Part shown: in pieces, positions 11,201-23,427 of the stretch
How the letters are laid out: every line of letters begins with the position of its first letter
Position numbering within the stretch: the stretch's first letter is position 1
DNA from: Lama guanicoe
Taxonomy: Eukaryota
Assembly (NCBI GenBank): GCA_013239625.1
Contig: MU053216.1
Location: 436,001-496,000 of the forward strand
Direction of reading: 5' to 3'
DNA length: 60,000 nt
Translations under genes and position numbers: made by a program
The notes under the pieces: generated by a model
Databases searched by the model: none
The model's input: only the letters and a program-made list of their open reading frames with translations
What the model was told of the DNA's origin: nothing

Positions 11201-12944
11201 GGTGGAGGGTTGGGAAGGACACTCAGTCTCAGTGGGAGGAAGGCCAAGACGACATGGGACCTCCGAACAGTGTCACCAAGCTTTCCTCCCGATGAGACCG
11301 GAGGCCTCCGGGGGCGCCGCTCCCTGAAGCTTGCCCACAGCGGGCTTTCAGCCTGTGCGCCTTTGTTTGTTTGGATGGCGTTCTGGGCGTTCCCAGCGCT
11401 GTTCAGAGGACTGCCTGAGAGAGACACTAGTTCCAGGGTGGGAGCTGAAAGGGCACCCCGCAACCAAGGAGGAAAGGGTCAAGGTCACAGAACAAGGAGA
11501 GGGCAGAGCCAAAGAGGGCGGCTGGCACCGAGCCCCATCCGCTGCCCTCCTGCCCCGGTCCACTTGGTGTTCCTCACCCCCACCCCCACCCCCACGGCCA
11601 GTGCCCCCGGTTGGCCTCCCTGACACCCCCAAGGAGGACATCGTGGCCAAGGTCCGATGGGGTCGCATCCCTCAGGTCCGAGCCCCCAACCCCTGGAGCC
11701 CATTGTCAGGCACCACCCCCCCAGGGCTTGACCTTTCCAAGTCCAGAAAGGAAAACTCTGGTGTTGGAACCAAGTGCCTGGGGGTGGAGGGGAGCGTCCC
11801 AAGGTGACAGAGAGCGTGGAGGGCAGAGAGGAAGCCAGCCGAGCTGCCTGCCGGGCCGAGTGTGGGGGGTGAAGGCAGAAGGAGCCTTAGGGCAGTCTGT
11901 GTGTCCCCTGCCCGCTCCGGCTGAGAGCCGGGCAGCCCCTCCCGCGCTCTCTGCACACAGGGAAGGCCTGCACCTGCGTTTACAGAGGAAAGTGACTTCA
12001 TTAGCTCTGATTCACGCCGCCTTGCCTCGTAAGAGCTTTTCCCTCTCATGCCGCCCCGCCGCCGCAGCCAGCACACCAGAGGGAGGGTATCAGGAAGAAG
12101 GTGATTCCAACTGGTTCGCCAGGCTGTGCAGACGCCGGCCCCGCCCCGCCCCGCCTGCCAGGAGAGCCGGTGGAGGGGCCAGAACCCCAGGAGGCAAAGA
12201 AAGTGCTTCCTTTGTGTACATCAAAGGCTGACACCTGAGCACGCCCCAAGCCATTTCATGGGTTTTAATGGGCAGCAATCTATAAAAATAATTACCCACC
12301 CTCCAGGAGGGAGGCGGGAGGAGACTCAGCGGCAGCTTTACCAGCTCCCCCTGGAGACACGGACCCACAGATCTGGGCAGAAGGCCAGCTTTGTGGGTGA
12401 CAATCCCGGAATCCTGGGGTGGGGACTCCCAAAGGCACTCTTCCATGTCCCAGCCTCCAGCCGCTGGGTTCCAGACGGCAGGCTGGTTTCGGGGACCTTC
12501 CCGGCTGTCTGACTGCCCGTGAGAGCTGGGCCTGTGGCTGCTGGGGCCCGGACTCCTGCCCTCGGCAAAGGGCGCTGTGGTCGGTGCAGGAAGAAACAGG
12601 CGGGTTTCCCCACCCTCCAGAGAGGGGGCAGCGACGGCAGAGGCTTAGGGGACCAAGCAACACGAGGGTGTCCGAGGGGCCGTCCCAGCACACTCTGCAG
12701 CACAGGCACCGGGGACAACCGAGCCCGGTACTAACTCTTCCAGAGGAACCGCGTGAGGACAGGAGGAAAAGGCAAGGGAAAAGGCCGTCAGCTCTGCCTC
12801 CCCACACAGGGCTCCAGTCCCTCCCACTGTCTGTTTGTCCCCCTCACTCCCAAGGGCCCCAGGCTCCCTGTGAACCAGTGCGCGGTCACTGTGGTGGGGT
12901 GTCAATGTCTCCTCCCCAACCCCTGCCTCCCACCCATATACTCA

Positions 12945-13195
12945 TCCCTCCGTCTGTCCACCCACCCATCCGTCTGTCCATCCGTCTGTCCATTCATCCA
13001 TCTGTTCATCTATCCACCCATCTGTCTGTCCATCCATCCATTTGTCTATCTGTTCATCCATCCATCCGTTTGTCTGTCCACCCAACCGTCCATCTGCCCG
13101 TTCGTCTGTCTGTCCAACCATCCATCCAACTGTCTGTCCACCCACCCGTCCATCCGCCCGTCTGTCTGTCCACCCAGCCGCCCAGCCGCCCACCC
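12945..13195. repeat. Degenerate tetranucleotide simple repeat (CCAT/CCGT/CTGT/CCAC)
   Basis: About 250 bp of TCCA/TCTG/TCCG units with a recurring CCCACCCATCCGTCTGTC-like higher-order pattern. Confidence 0.9.
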
Positions 13196-14424
13196 GCACA
13201 ACCTACAGAACACCCCCCTGTTCTGGGCTTGTCCTCTTGCTCAGAGTCACTCGCGGCTTCCGGTCACTCCACACCCTTTAGCCTGGGCTTCAAGAGCCTG
13301 TCCCTGGAATGACTCTCTCATCAGCCTCGTTTCTCAGAAGGCCCCCAGTCCCCTGTTCATCTGGGAAGTGCGCCCCCGCCCCCATCCCAGAGCTCATGGT
13401 TTATCCGTTTCTGTTCCTTTGCAAAGGTTGGTGCCCTTCACAGAGGCATGCTCCTCCCTCTTCAGAGCTCTGCTTTAAACCCCTGGCCCCCAGGAGCCCT
13501 GACCTCGCCCTGTAGGCCCTGGTCCCCCTACACGTATCTCCTCAGTCCCGGCTGATTGACCTGTGAGCTCCCCGCACCCCGCTGAAGCCCTCGACACGGG
13601 GAGACTGGCCAGGACCCCTCTCCTCCAGCCCAGGGAAGCAAGTCAAACTCAGCCAAGTGGTTTCCGGCTGGGACAGAAAATTTAAGCACCTTGCCACTTT
13701 AACGCCTGCGAAGACACAGAAGAAGATGACAGCTTAGCCTTGGACCAGAAGCACACTTGGGCCGAACCTGGCATCTCTCCTGCCCCAGGGCTGGGGGACT
13801 GAGGAAGACAGGTGATAAGGCGTGGCTTTCGCCTGCTTCGCTCCGAGAACAAGAGGAGCCCCAGCCTCTCAGACAGAAGGTGGGAGGAGCGTTCTCCCGT
13901 CTGCCCGGCCGGAACCACAGTCCAGAGGGCTGCTCCGCCGTGTCCCTGCCCTGAGGGGGCCATGTGTTCTGGGGCAGCCCGTGTACCACCCACCTCCACC
14001 CCAGCTCCCACCTCTCCGTCCTGAGGAGCTTTTAGAACTCTGGCGCCTGGGCCTGCCCCGGACCTCTGGAGCCCGGTTCAGGGTGGGGTCTGAGCATGAC
14101 ATTGTCCAGATTCCCTCTGCTGATTCCAACGCCCGGCCAGGGTAGCAAGACTACAAGCGTACATAGACCCTCATACTGTCCTTGGTCCAGGGGATCAGAA
14201 CCACCCACTGGGCGAGGGGCAAGGCTCGTGCAGGGCACCAGAGCCACGGCACCTGCCGAGATGCTAGTGCTGCGGCCTGCTTCCCACCCATGAATCTAAG
14301 AAGCCGACTCCGCCAGCACCGCGGGACAGAGTGCCCGCCGCGGGGGATGCTCGCTGCCTCCCAGGGGCGCACACTGCGTCAAGGTAAGGTGCTCTCTGCT
14401 TAAAGACTAGGGGGAGGCAGAGGC

Positions 14425-14828
14425 TCAGAGGGACACTTGTAAACCCATGGTCACAGCATCATCATAGCTGCCCAGAGCGGGAAGCAGCCCAGTGTCTGTC
14501 AGCAGACGATGGGTGAACAGAACGTGGGGCGTTACTCAGCTAAAGGGAAGCACGTGCTGACACCCGCTGCAACACTGACGCTCAGGGAGGTGAGTCAGGC
14601 ACAAAAGGGCAATGCTGCACGACTCCACTCACAGGAGGCCCCTAGAGCAGCACACTCACAGGGACAGAAAGTGGAGTCTGGCTGGCAGGGGCTGGGCGAG
14701 GCGGGTGGGAGCTGCTTTTGGTGGACACAGACTTCCAGCTTTGCAAGACAGAAGGTGATCTGTGGATGGATGGTGGTGATGGTGACACAGTGTGATGTGA
14801 TGTGTTTGTCACTGAACTGCACCTAAAA
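14425..14828 (+). mobile_element. Second L1M 3' UTR fragment
   Basis: GGAAGCAGCCCAGTGTCTGTCAGCAGACGATGGGTGAACAGAACGTGG...GGATGGATGGTGGTGATGGTGACACA...CACTGAACTGCACCTAAAA, typical of L1MB-type 3' UTRs. Confidence 0.75.
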
Positions 14829-16295
14829 TCCACATGGAAATGCAGGGAGCTGGAACAGTCAAAACAACCTTAAAAAAGAAGAACAAAGTGGGAGGACTGA
14901 CACTTCCTGACTTCAAAACCTGCTACAGAACGACAGAGATCAAGACGGACGGCACTGGCCTGAGGACAGACGTAGAGGCCAACTGAGCAGAACTGAGGCT
15001 CCAGAAGTAAATGTGCGTGTTTATGGGCAACTGATTATCAACAAGGATCTAAGACAATTCAACGGGTAAAGAACAGTCTTTTCAAAGAACAGCCTTTGGG
15101 GCGATGAAGTGTTGTGCTGAAAGAACTCGCTAACTGCACGGCAAAGAATGAAACGGGGCCTCTACCTCACACCACTTACAAACACTGACTCAGAAGGATC
15201 AAAGACATGAGACTTTTAGGGGGAAACAGAGCCATAAATCTTCCTGACCTTGGATTAGGCAACAGTTCCTTAAATACAACACCAAAAAGTCTAAGAAACA
15301 AAAGAAAAAGCAGATAAACTGGCCTTCATCCAGATGAAAACCTTTGCTCACCAAAGGGCATCGTCATGGGAGTGAAAGGACGCGCCTCAGAACAGGAGAA
15401 AACGGCAAGTCACACACCGGGAAGGGCAGAGCACCCCCTGCGTCTGGGCCATTTAAAGACCTGCGGCAGATCAGCAGCAGAAAAAGACAACCCGGTTAAG
15501 AGTGGGCGAAGGGTCTGAACAGGCCTTTCCCCAAACGCGGTGAGCAAACGACCAGCAGGCACAGGAAAAGAGGCCTGACACCGTCGGCCACCAGGGCCGC
15601 GAGAGTCAGACCACAGCGAGGGGCCGCGGCACACCCGCCAGGACGGCCGTCCTCGGAGCGGCACAGGCGCACGCTGGCAGGGCGCGGGGCCCCGCAAACC
15701 CTCTTGCAGCGATGGTGCGGGTGTGGGGCAGCGCAGTCCCGTGGAAGATGTTTTGGCAGTTCTTCAAAGAGCTGTACATAGAGTTACCATATGACCCAGC
15801 AAATTCACGCCCAGCTGTATGCCCAGGAGAACCGAAAACACAGATGTTCACAGCAGCACTGCTCACAGTAACCAAAAAGCGAGGACAACCTGATGTCTAC
15901 CACCTGGCAACAGGTAAGCAAGTCGTGGTCCACCCAAACGACGGAGCACTATTCAGCCCTCAAAGGGACAAAGCACTGACAGATCCGTGAACACATACGC
16001 GGGTGAGCCTGGAACACATCACGTGAGGTGAGAGGAGCAGACACAGGAAGCTGTGTTTTGCGGGATTCCATTTACGTGCGACGCCCACAGCAGGCAAACC
16101 CAGAGAGAGAGAACGCAGGTGTGTGGTTGTCAGGGAGGCGGGAAGCGGGCTGAGAGGGACAGCTAAGCGAGGACAGGCTTTCTCGGGGGGTGGAGCGTGT
16201 GCTGGATTAGTGGCGATGGTCGGACAGTTTGCAAACATGCTTAAAAACACTCAAAGGGTGAGTTTTATACTATGTGAATTAGATCTCAAATTGTG
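14822..16295 (+). mobile_element. Degenerate LINE-1 (L1MB/MC-like): 3' ORF2 and 3' UTR, antisense to LGR6
   Basis: ORF2 relic motifs KKKNKVGGLTLPDFKT (about 14870-14920) and WQFFKELYIELPYDPA (about 15755-15800). The 3' UTR ends GGGTGAGTTTTATACTATGTGAATTAGATCTCAA. Confidence 0.9.
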
Positions 16296-18214
16296 AAAGC
16301 ATGTAAACCTGAAACAACCACGCCAGTCCAGCACTGGCGCGATTTGAAGGAAGAGTAGAGCAGGCAAAGATTCAACGCACCGCAAGGAGGCGTGTGTGAG
16401 AGCACGTGTGCTCAGAGACGCACGCGGACGTGCTGACAAGCCTTGCGCCCGATTTCTATTTTCTTTTCCTTTTTTGTATTTTCTAAATTTTCTACAATGA
16501 GTCAGACCAAAACCAAACGTGTGTTTTAAAAACAAAGCGCGTCTGTGTATAACTACGTCCCAGGCTCTGGAGTGTGCAGATGGGGCAGGGCACGGGGGCC
16601 GGGAGGGAGGGTTTCCGACTGAGCAGCAGAAGCCCCGTGCGCTGCCGCCGCTTCCCCTGATCTCCCCTCAACTGGTCACCAGGTCCTGGCAGTGGACCCC
16701 GGGCCTGGGCTGTGGTCCAGGCTCTGTCCCGCAGGGTCTCCTAACTGGCCTCGGTGGCCTCAGCTGGTCACTGAAGGGCCAGCCCTGGCTGCAGACCTCC
16801 CTCCTCTGCAGGTCTGCCCCAGGGCACCGCCAGCCAGGGCGCCAGGCCCGCCCGGGGCTGCCATCCCCCAAATCCAGTGTGCCCTCCAGCCCTGATCGGC
16901 AGCCCTCCCCCTCACAGAGGCCGTCCTCTCATCTCCACCCGGTCCTTCACCTTTTACTGTACCTTCAATACCAGCTCAAGGGCGTCTCTTCACGGAGTTC
17001 GGCGCCCCCCCAGCCAGGAGGGACCCTGGCACGAAGAGCTTCCCGCTCACCTCAGAAGCGGCTGCCAGGCTCCCAGGACCACCAGCCTTGTGACTCCGTG
17101 TCCAAAGGGCCGCAGTTAGAACCAGATGACAGGGGTTCTTTAAGGCCCTAAAAGCTTTGGGCATTTATTTCAAGGCATCTGACGTTCGACGACACAGTTT
17201 CCTCCGGGCCCCGAGTCTCGGCTCCAGGTGGGCTCACGGCTCGGCCAACAGGACAGTGACACCCACTTTGAAGCTGTCTGGAAACTCCGACAAGACTGCA
17301 GCAGAAAAGCTCTCAGTAACTTCGAGAAGCTTTATGAAGCCCTGAGCTGAGTTTGTACCAGCTGGGGGTGATCACGGCCGTGGGGGTGGGGGTGGGTCTG
17401 AAACCCCGATGTGGGCGTGGAGACGTGGCTGGTGCACGAGAAGCCGCAGACCACACTGCAGATAGGAAGGCCGTGGTGAATGGGGTGTCAGACCTCTCCT
17501 CCCCAGGCAGACACTCGGCCAGGAGGGTCTGGAGGTGAAACAGTCTAGCATCACTGCTGACCAGCTCAGAGCAATTAGGCTGGACTCGTATTTAAACTGC
17601 CTACGTGTTCTGCTCTTTGAAAATAAATCTATGAAAAAGAAAAACTCACAGTCAAACTCCTCACCTTTGCAGAATAGTGGAAGGAGCCGGACGTCAGACG
17701 ACACGGATTCAAACCCCAGCTCCGAGGCCTGGTGCCCTGGAGGGCCGTCCATGCCTGCCCGGCTCGCGTGGTCCCCACCCCTTCCTGCTGCCCTCCCAAC
17801 CCTCCCGCGCGTCCCCAAGAGTTCTGGCCTGGCCTGCTTGTGTCATTGTCCCGAACCTCTACTTAGGTTCCCCCTGGAGCTGGTGTGCCTGACCGGCACG
17901 GGGAGGGTGCTGACCGCAGATGTGGGCCATGGAAGGAAAGCCACAGCCACTGAGGGGTGGCTGGCCCCTCAGGAGGGGAGCACCCACCCTCTCTGGGAGA
18001 CCTGGTTTTGTAGCAAAGCCTGGCAGGGCTGAAGGACCCCTTACCCCAGCTCCTCACAGCCAGACTTCTCTGGGCCACCCAGTCTCGGGGCCCCACACAG
18101 AGAGCGCCGACACTGTGGGACAGGCCCACAGGTCAGTCTGATCACAGTCTTAACCACAGCGCCACGGTTACCTGACCTGGGCCACGCCTGTCGGAGCACC
18201 AAGTGTCTCGTGAG

Positions 18215-18315
18215 TCTTCATTACCCCAGTTTACAGATGATAAAACCAAGGCTCAGAAGGTGCAGACAAATTGTCGTGACCCTTCGTCTAGAAAGGGGCA
18301 GTGCTGGCTTTCAAC
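18215..18315 (-). mobile_element. MIR SINE fragment
   Basis: CATTACCCCAGTTTACAGATGATAAAACCAAGGCTCAGAAGG. Confidence 0.65.
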
Positions 18316-18913
18316 GACAAGCAGCGGCTATTTCAGAGGAAGACCTTGAAATCCCAAACCACCCTTTCACCTGAAAGGACAGATTCTCTGGGAGCCACCA
18401 CTGCGGCCAAGCCTGAGCCAGCCTGAGCCAGCCTGCCAGCCCTGTGTCGACAGATACTCGAGGGCCTGGATCACGGGGGAGGTGAGTGGCCACCAGCAAC
18501 ACTCCTGAAGCCTTTTTCCCTTCTCCTTCTGACTCTCGGACTCGAGTAGCTATGGGCAGGCTCCAGGTCCAGCAGGAGCAACAAAGCAAGAGAGCTCCAC
18601 CTGGATCCTTCTTGATCTGCCCTGGCTAGGGCCTCCCCACCTGCCACCCTGGTCATGGAACTAGGGATGCCTGGTTCTGGCATTTAGTGTACTCAGTGTG
18701 CTGAAAGGTGAGTGGAATCAGTCCAAGAGGACTTCCTGGAGGAGGTGTGTTGTATTGATTTAGGCAGCAGAGAGGAAGAGGAACAGCTCAAGCCAAGGCT
18801 TGGAGGTCAAGGAAGATATGTTTGGGGAGCCGGGGGTGCTGGGGGTGAGTGACCTCGTTGGAGTGGGTGGAGAACAGGCACCAGGCACACCAGTGTGAAA
18901 GCAGGTGTAACTC

Positions 18914-19038
18914 GGGGAGTAGGGTACAGCTCAGCGGTAGAGTGACTGCTTGGCATGCGTGAGGTCCTGGGTTCAATTCCCAGTACCTCCATAAAGAAAT
19001 AAACAAACAAACCAACCTAACGGCCTACCCCGCAGAAA
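18914..19038 (+). mobile_element. tRNA-derived SINE (camelid Vic-1-like) with a 17-bp target-site duplication
   Basis: A-box (AGCTCAGCGG), B-box (GGTTCAATTCC) and an A-rich tail containing AACCTAA. GAAAGCAGGTGTAACTC flanks it at 18897-18913 and 19039-19055. The family name comes from the recalled consensus. Confidence 0.9.
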
Positions 19039-20119
19039 GAAAGCAGGTGTAACTCACGGGAAGACGGGCCCCACTGGCCTCAGGGTCTGTGGGCTCTGAT
19101 CAGAGGTGCCGTGAGTGCCAAGTGCCGTCTGATGACGTTCAGGAGCCTTGGGCCCGCCCTCACCTGCCGCTCGCTCGCTCGCTCGCTCGATGCAGTCCAC
19201 CCCAGCCAGCAGCAGGACTAAGAAATGGCATGGCTTAGCTGGCGTCCAGCCTCCCCGCCCCAGGCCCCACCCCCGCCCTCTGCCCTCCCTTCCGGCTTCG
19301 GCCCACCCAGATGTTCCAGGGCCCGGGTCAACAGACACGCAGCCGAGAGGCACAGGGGCCAGGGGCTGGGGGCCGAGGCAGCTGTTGCGGGGGCTCCCTG
19401 AGGAGGCCTCAGCCTCATTCCTGCCAGCTGGACAGAGCAGGAAGGGAAGAGCAGTGGTCTGGGGGGCAGAGCCTCCTGCCCATCCCCCCACGGCCAACAC
19501 TTAGACAGAACTTCACCCCCGCCCCGCCCAGAGCTCTGGGAACTAGGGTGCCAGGGAGGGCACCTGCCCAGCCCTGCCTCCTCGGAGAGTAAGGTCCCCA
19601 TTCCCCACAGGGGCAGAGACCATCCCCATGTGGCAGGTAACCCTAATGTTATTCTTGGCTTTGGAAGCCACTGTATGGCTTTTTAAAAAAATAACATGTT
19701 TATCTCCCACTTCTGTCTATTTGGACTGATACATGTACTGACGTGCAGACCCTGACAGCAAGCCACCGGGGGCTGGGCCGCAGCCCACGCCGCGCAAACA
19801 CAGCCTGGGGGCCCACCTCGCAGCCCGAGGCCGCACGTCCTCCTCCCTTTGAGCCCCGCTGCCCCGCGCTTCTCCCTCCTAGCTCTGTGGACTCTCCCCT
19901 CTGTCGGGGAGAGAGGACAGGGATGGGGGCGGACACCCCGGGGCTCCCCCTTTCCTGGGACTTCCTGGGTGTGCTGAGGAAGCTGAGGAAGGTGTTCTGG
20001 AGGTACAGGTGGTGGCAGAAAGACCATTGCCTCAGGAGCAGACACACCTGAGTCTCAGTTCTTGTTCTTACACACGGCTCATTACTGAGCAAGTTACTTC
20101 ACCTCTCTGCCTTGTTTCC

Positions 20120-20870
20120 TCACTCACTAATCCATACATTTTTATAGCCAAAAACCATGCAGTGCCCAGTGTGTGTCAGGCCCAGTACCAGGTGCGGGGA
20201 ATCCTGAGTCAAAAAGGGACAGTCTCCACCCTCACGAACTCAGAGCACGGAGGGAAACACAGACAGGGAAGTAAAAGGGTGGCAGCAGGTGAGCAGGCTG
20301 CCCGGGGGGTGCAGCGGGGGCCCCTGCAGGATGAACGTGGAGGCAGGAAAGGCTTCCGGCAGGTGGGACAGCGAAGCCCAGACCTGAGCAGGTGAGCAGG
20401 GCTCCTCTGCTGCACGGGTGGGGGGTTGGGGCAGATGGCATGTCCTGCAGCCCAGCAGGGAGCTTGGCCCTGTCTTCAGGGCTTCGGGGACCACGGAGAT
20501 TTTTAAGCAGTCGGGTGATGTGATCAGGCTTGTGTTCTAAGGCCCCTTGGACTGCCGAGTGGGGAAGATGGGGGTAAATCCAGGACGGAAGCAGAGGGCC
20601 CAGGTGGAGGCTGTGGCAGTGACTCAGGCAGGGGTGAGCTGGGCAGGTGATGTGGCCACAGCGAGTGCAGGGCGAAGGGCTCACTCAGAGCAAGCAGGAC
20701 GCATGGTCACTGGGACTTGACTGACAGGACGCAGGCGTGAAGGAGAGAGGGTCAAGGGTGAGGGCCAAGTTGTGGATCAGGAAATAAGTAACAACAGAGA
20801 TGCTGGGTGTGGAACACCACGGGAGGGAAGGTGGTGAGCACTTGAGGGGACATCCTGTGGGCCACGAGTG
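20120..20870 (-). mobile_element. L2 LINE relic
   Basis: Tail-like CACTCACTAATCCATACATT, then GTGTGTCAGGCCCAGTACCAGG...GATTTTTAAGCAGTCGGGTGATGTGATCAGGCTTGTGTTCTAAG, typical of the L2 3' region in reverse. Confidence 0.65.
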
Positions 20871-22619
20871 GAGATTCCAACAGCAGCTGAGGCTGGAGGT
20901 GTGGACTTGAGAATCGTGCCATCGGTGGGGTGGCGGGGGAAAGGGGGGAGGGAGTGCGCAGAAGACAGACTCCGAGGAGAGAGGGGTCAGCGCCTCCCCG
21001 GCTGCTGAGAGATACCACAAGGAGGCTGGGACGGGCCTGGCCTTGGGAGGACCTCCATGAGGGACGGGGGCCGCAGAAGCCGGCCTGGAGGTGACAAATG
21101 GCTTGTGGGTGGGGCTGGAGGAGAGAGGCGGCGGCGGCCGGGGGCCTTGGGGTGACGCCTGTCCCCTGGAGAGGCCCGGAGCAAGTCCCGCCCTCTCCCG
21201 CCCTCTGCCCCTGCCCACTCCTCCTCCTCCCTTGCCTTGTTCCAAACTGCAGAGCTGGGCCCCGAGGGGAGATGTGGCGCCAAGGTCACCTCTGCCAGGT
21301 CCCCTGAGGCCTCCAGCCCCAGAGAGGCGCTGTGCTCCCCGGCTCCCCACGCACAGGCAGTGAGGCAGGACCCCGAGAGCGGCCCCCTGAGGAAGGGCCC
21401 CTTCGCCGGGGAGACTCAGGGCGCGGGAGGAGGATGGGCTGCGACGCCAGGCTTGCTCTTTCCTCGGGGGCATTGTTTGTGCGGGGGTCTCCTCTCCATG
21501 GCTGCCAGGGCCCCCGGAGGTCACCCCCGTCAAACACCAGGGGCCATCCCGCCTCCCTCCCCGCCACCCCAGCCCCTTCTGAGGGTCCTTGCCGGAGTGG
21601 CGGGGAAGGAGCCGGCTCTAAGTCCAAAACCAGGTGTTGGGACCAGGGAGGGGGAGCCACTTCCATGAGAGTCCCTGGGGTGGGGGGGCCACATTCTGAA
21701 ACAATTGACCTTAGAGCCATCTGGCTAGAGCAGTCACAGGGCCCCAGAAAAGACTGTCCCCCTTCAGTCAGGGGCGGAAAAGCATCTGCAGGCCCGGCCT
21801 GGGTTCCAGCTCGCTGGAGACACTGAAGCGTCGCCTCCCCTCCCCAGAGCCACCCCTCCCCCCCTGGCTGGCTTCCCCACCTGCAGGAGAGGAGGGTGGA
21901 CCGGGTGGCCTGTGGTGCCTCCCACTGGTATCCTGAGGCCCTGTGGTCTGGGGCAGGCAGCCTCCACCCACGCGGGCTCTGCCGTGGCCCCGCCTGAGCC
22001 CACTGCCTTTTCTGGTTTTATGTGGATTTCCTCACACCGGTGAGCAGCTGGCAGTCACCTGGGCTCCAAAGGCTCATAAACGGGTGGAAAATTACTCATA
22101 GATCTCGAAAAAGATCACACTCTGCCAGCCCCTGACCAGTCTCCTCTCCCGATGGCTGCGGGGCTGGGGAGGGGCAGTAGGGGACGGACAGCGGCAGTGG
22201 AAGGCTGGCGGCAGCACACAGGTGCTGTCTCCACCTCTTCCTGGCCGGGATCAGAGCCACCCCTCACCTCTACTCTGGGCGGACAGAGTTCTGAGGGAGA
22301 ACGTTTCAGAGATCTGAAAAGATATCTGCACTCCCAGAAAACGTCAGGAGGGAAACAGAGTGAGATGGTCCTGCAGGCCAGACAAGGGGAGTATGAGTGA
22401 GGACCTTCAGAAAGCCCTCTGGCCTTTCCCTCCCTGTGGTTGTAGACAGCTGGGGTGGTCTTCCCCAAGGCTAACCTTTATGTCTCCAGCTGCAGCCTGC
22501 ATCCAAGGTCATCTGGTACACCTCATGGCCTCTTGGCAGGTCCACAATCAAACCAACCCAAGCCCCACATTTCCGTCCTGTGAGTGCTGGTGACTGTAGG
22601 GGGCCAGAGGCTCCTGGAG

Positions 22620-22800
22620 CAAAGAACTCTGAGTCTGAAGTTTTAGTTGCGTGCTAATCGCAGGAAGGTGGGGGGGCGGGGGTCTTGATAAATGTGGATT
22701 CTGATCCCTCTGTCTGGGCGGAGCTTGAGCGTCTGCCTGACTCACCGCCCCTGAGGCAGACGCTGCTGCTCCGTGAACCACACTTTGAGGACCAGGGTCA
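22620..22800. mobile_element. MER5A-like relic
   Basis: GATTCTGATCCCTCTGTCTGGGCGGAGCTTGAG...GCTGCTGCTCCGTGAACCACACTTTGAG. Confidence 0.6.
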
Positions 22801-23427
22801 GAGCCCGGTTCCCTATCCGGCTCTGCATCAGGCACCACCGGGGGCGGGGGGAGTTTCTGGCAAATCCGGCCCTAGAGAGTCCAGCTCCAGACGGAGAAGG
22901 GCCTGGGGAGCCGCTCTGCCCTCGTGCTGCGTGCGGGTTCCTTGGGGACCAGACCTCTGGTTCCTCCCAGCTGGTCTCCCGCATGGCCTAGGGTCCTGGC
23001 TAAGAGCACACGTGCGGACAGACCATTCACCGATTCTGTGGTCAGCTCCTGACCCCTGGTTCCCTCACCTGCGGCATGGGGGTCATGGGACCTCCCTCAG
23101 AGACTCGTCCCAGGGGACAGAGGAGGTGGTGTCTGCTGGGCCTTAGCCCACAGCCTGGCACCACAGGAGGCCCACCAAACACAGACTGCAGCGTGGCTCT
23201 CGCTGCACACTGGGCTTCACCCGGCTCCCACTGTGCCCATCAACGCCCTCTGCCGTCATGCACTAACTTCACATCACATTCACCCGTGCTGACTTTCTGT
23301 CCATAGTGGGGTGGGGGGGACCACATCAAACCATGAGCTGCTGAAACGTGAGGCCCTTGTCTTATTAGTGATCTCAGGCATTTCAGGTGCTCAGCAAAGC
23401 TTGAACGAGCAAGCAGATAAATGCAAG

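Noticed and set aside
12419..13478. ORFs with repetitive SVHPSI/CPSV motifs
   Set aside because: These are translations of the tetranucleotide simple repeat.
18130..18144. ERE-like AGGTCAGTCTGATCA
   Set aside because: An imperfect, isolated motif with no supporting context.
18914..18990. Possible tRNA gene
   Set aside because: The A and B boxes are present, but the A-rich tail, the 17-bp TSD and a second dispersed copy identify a SINE.
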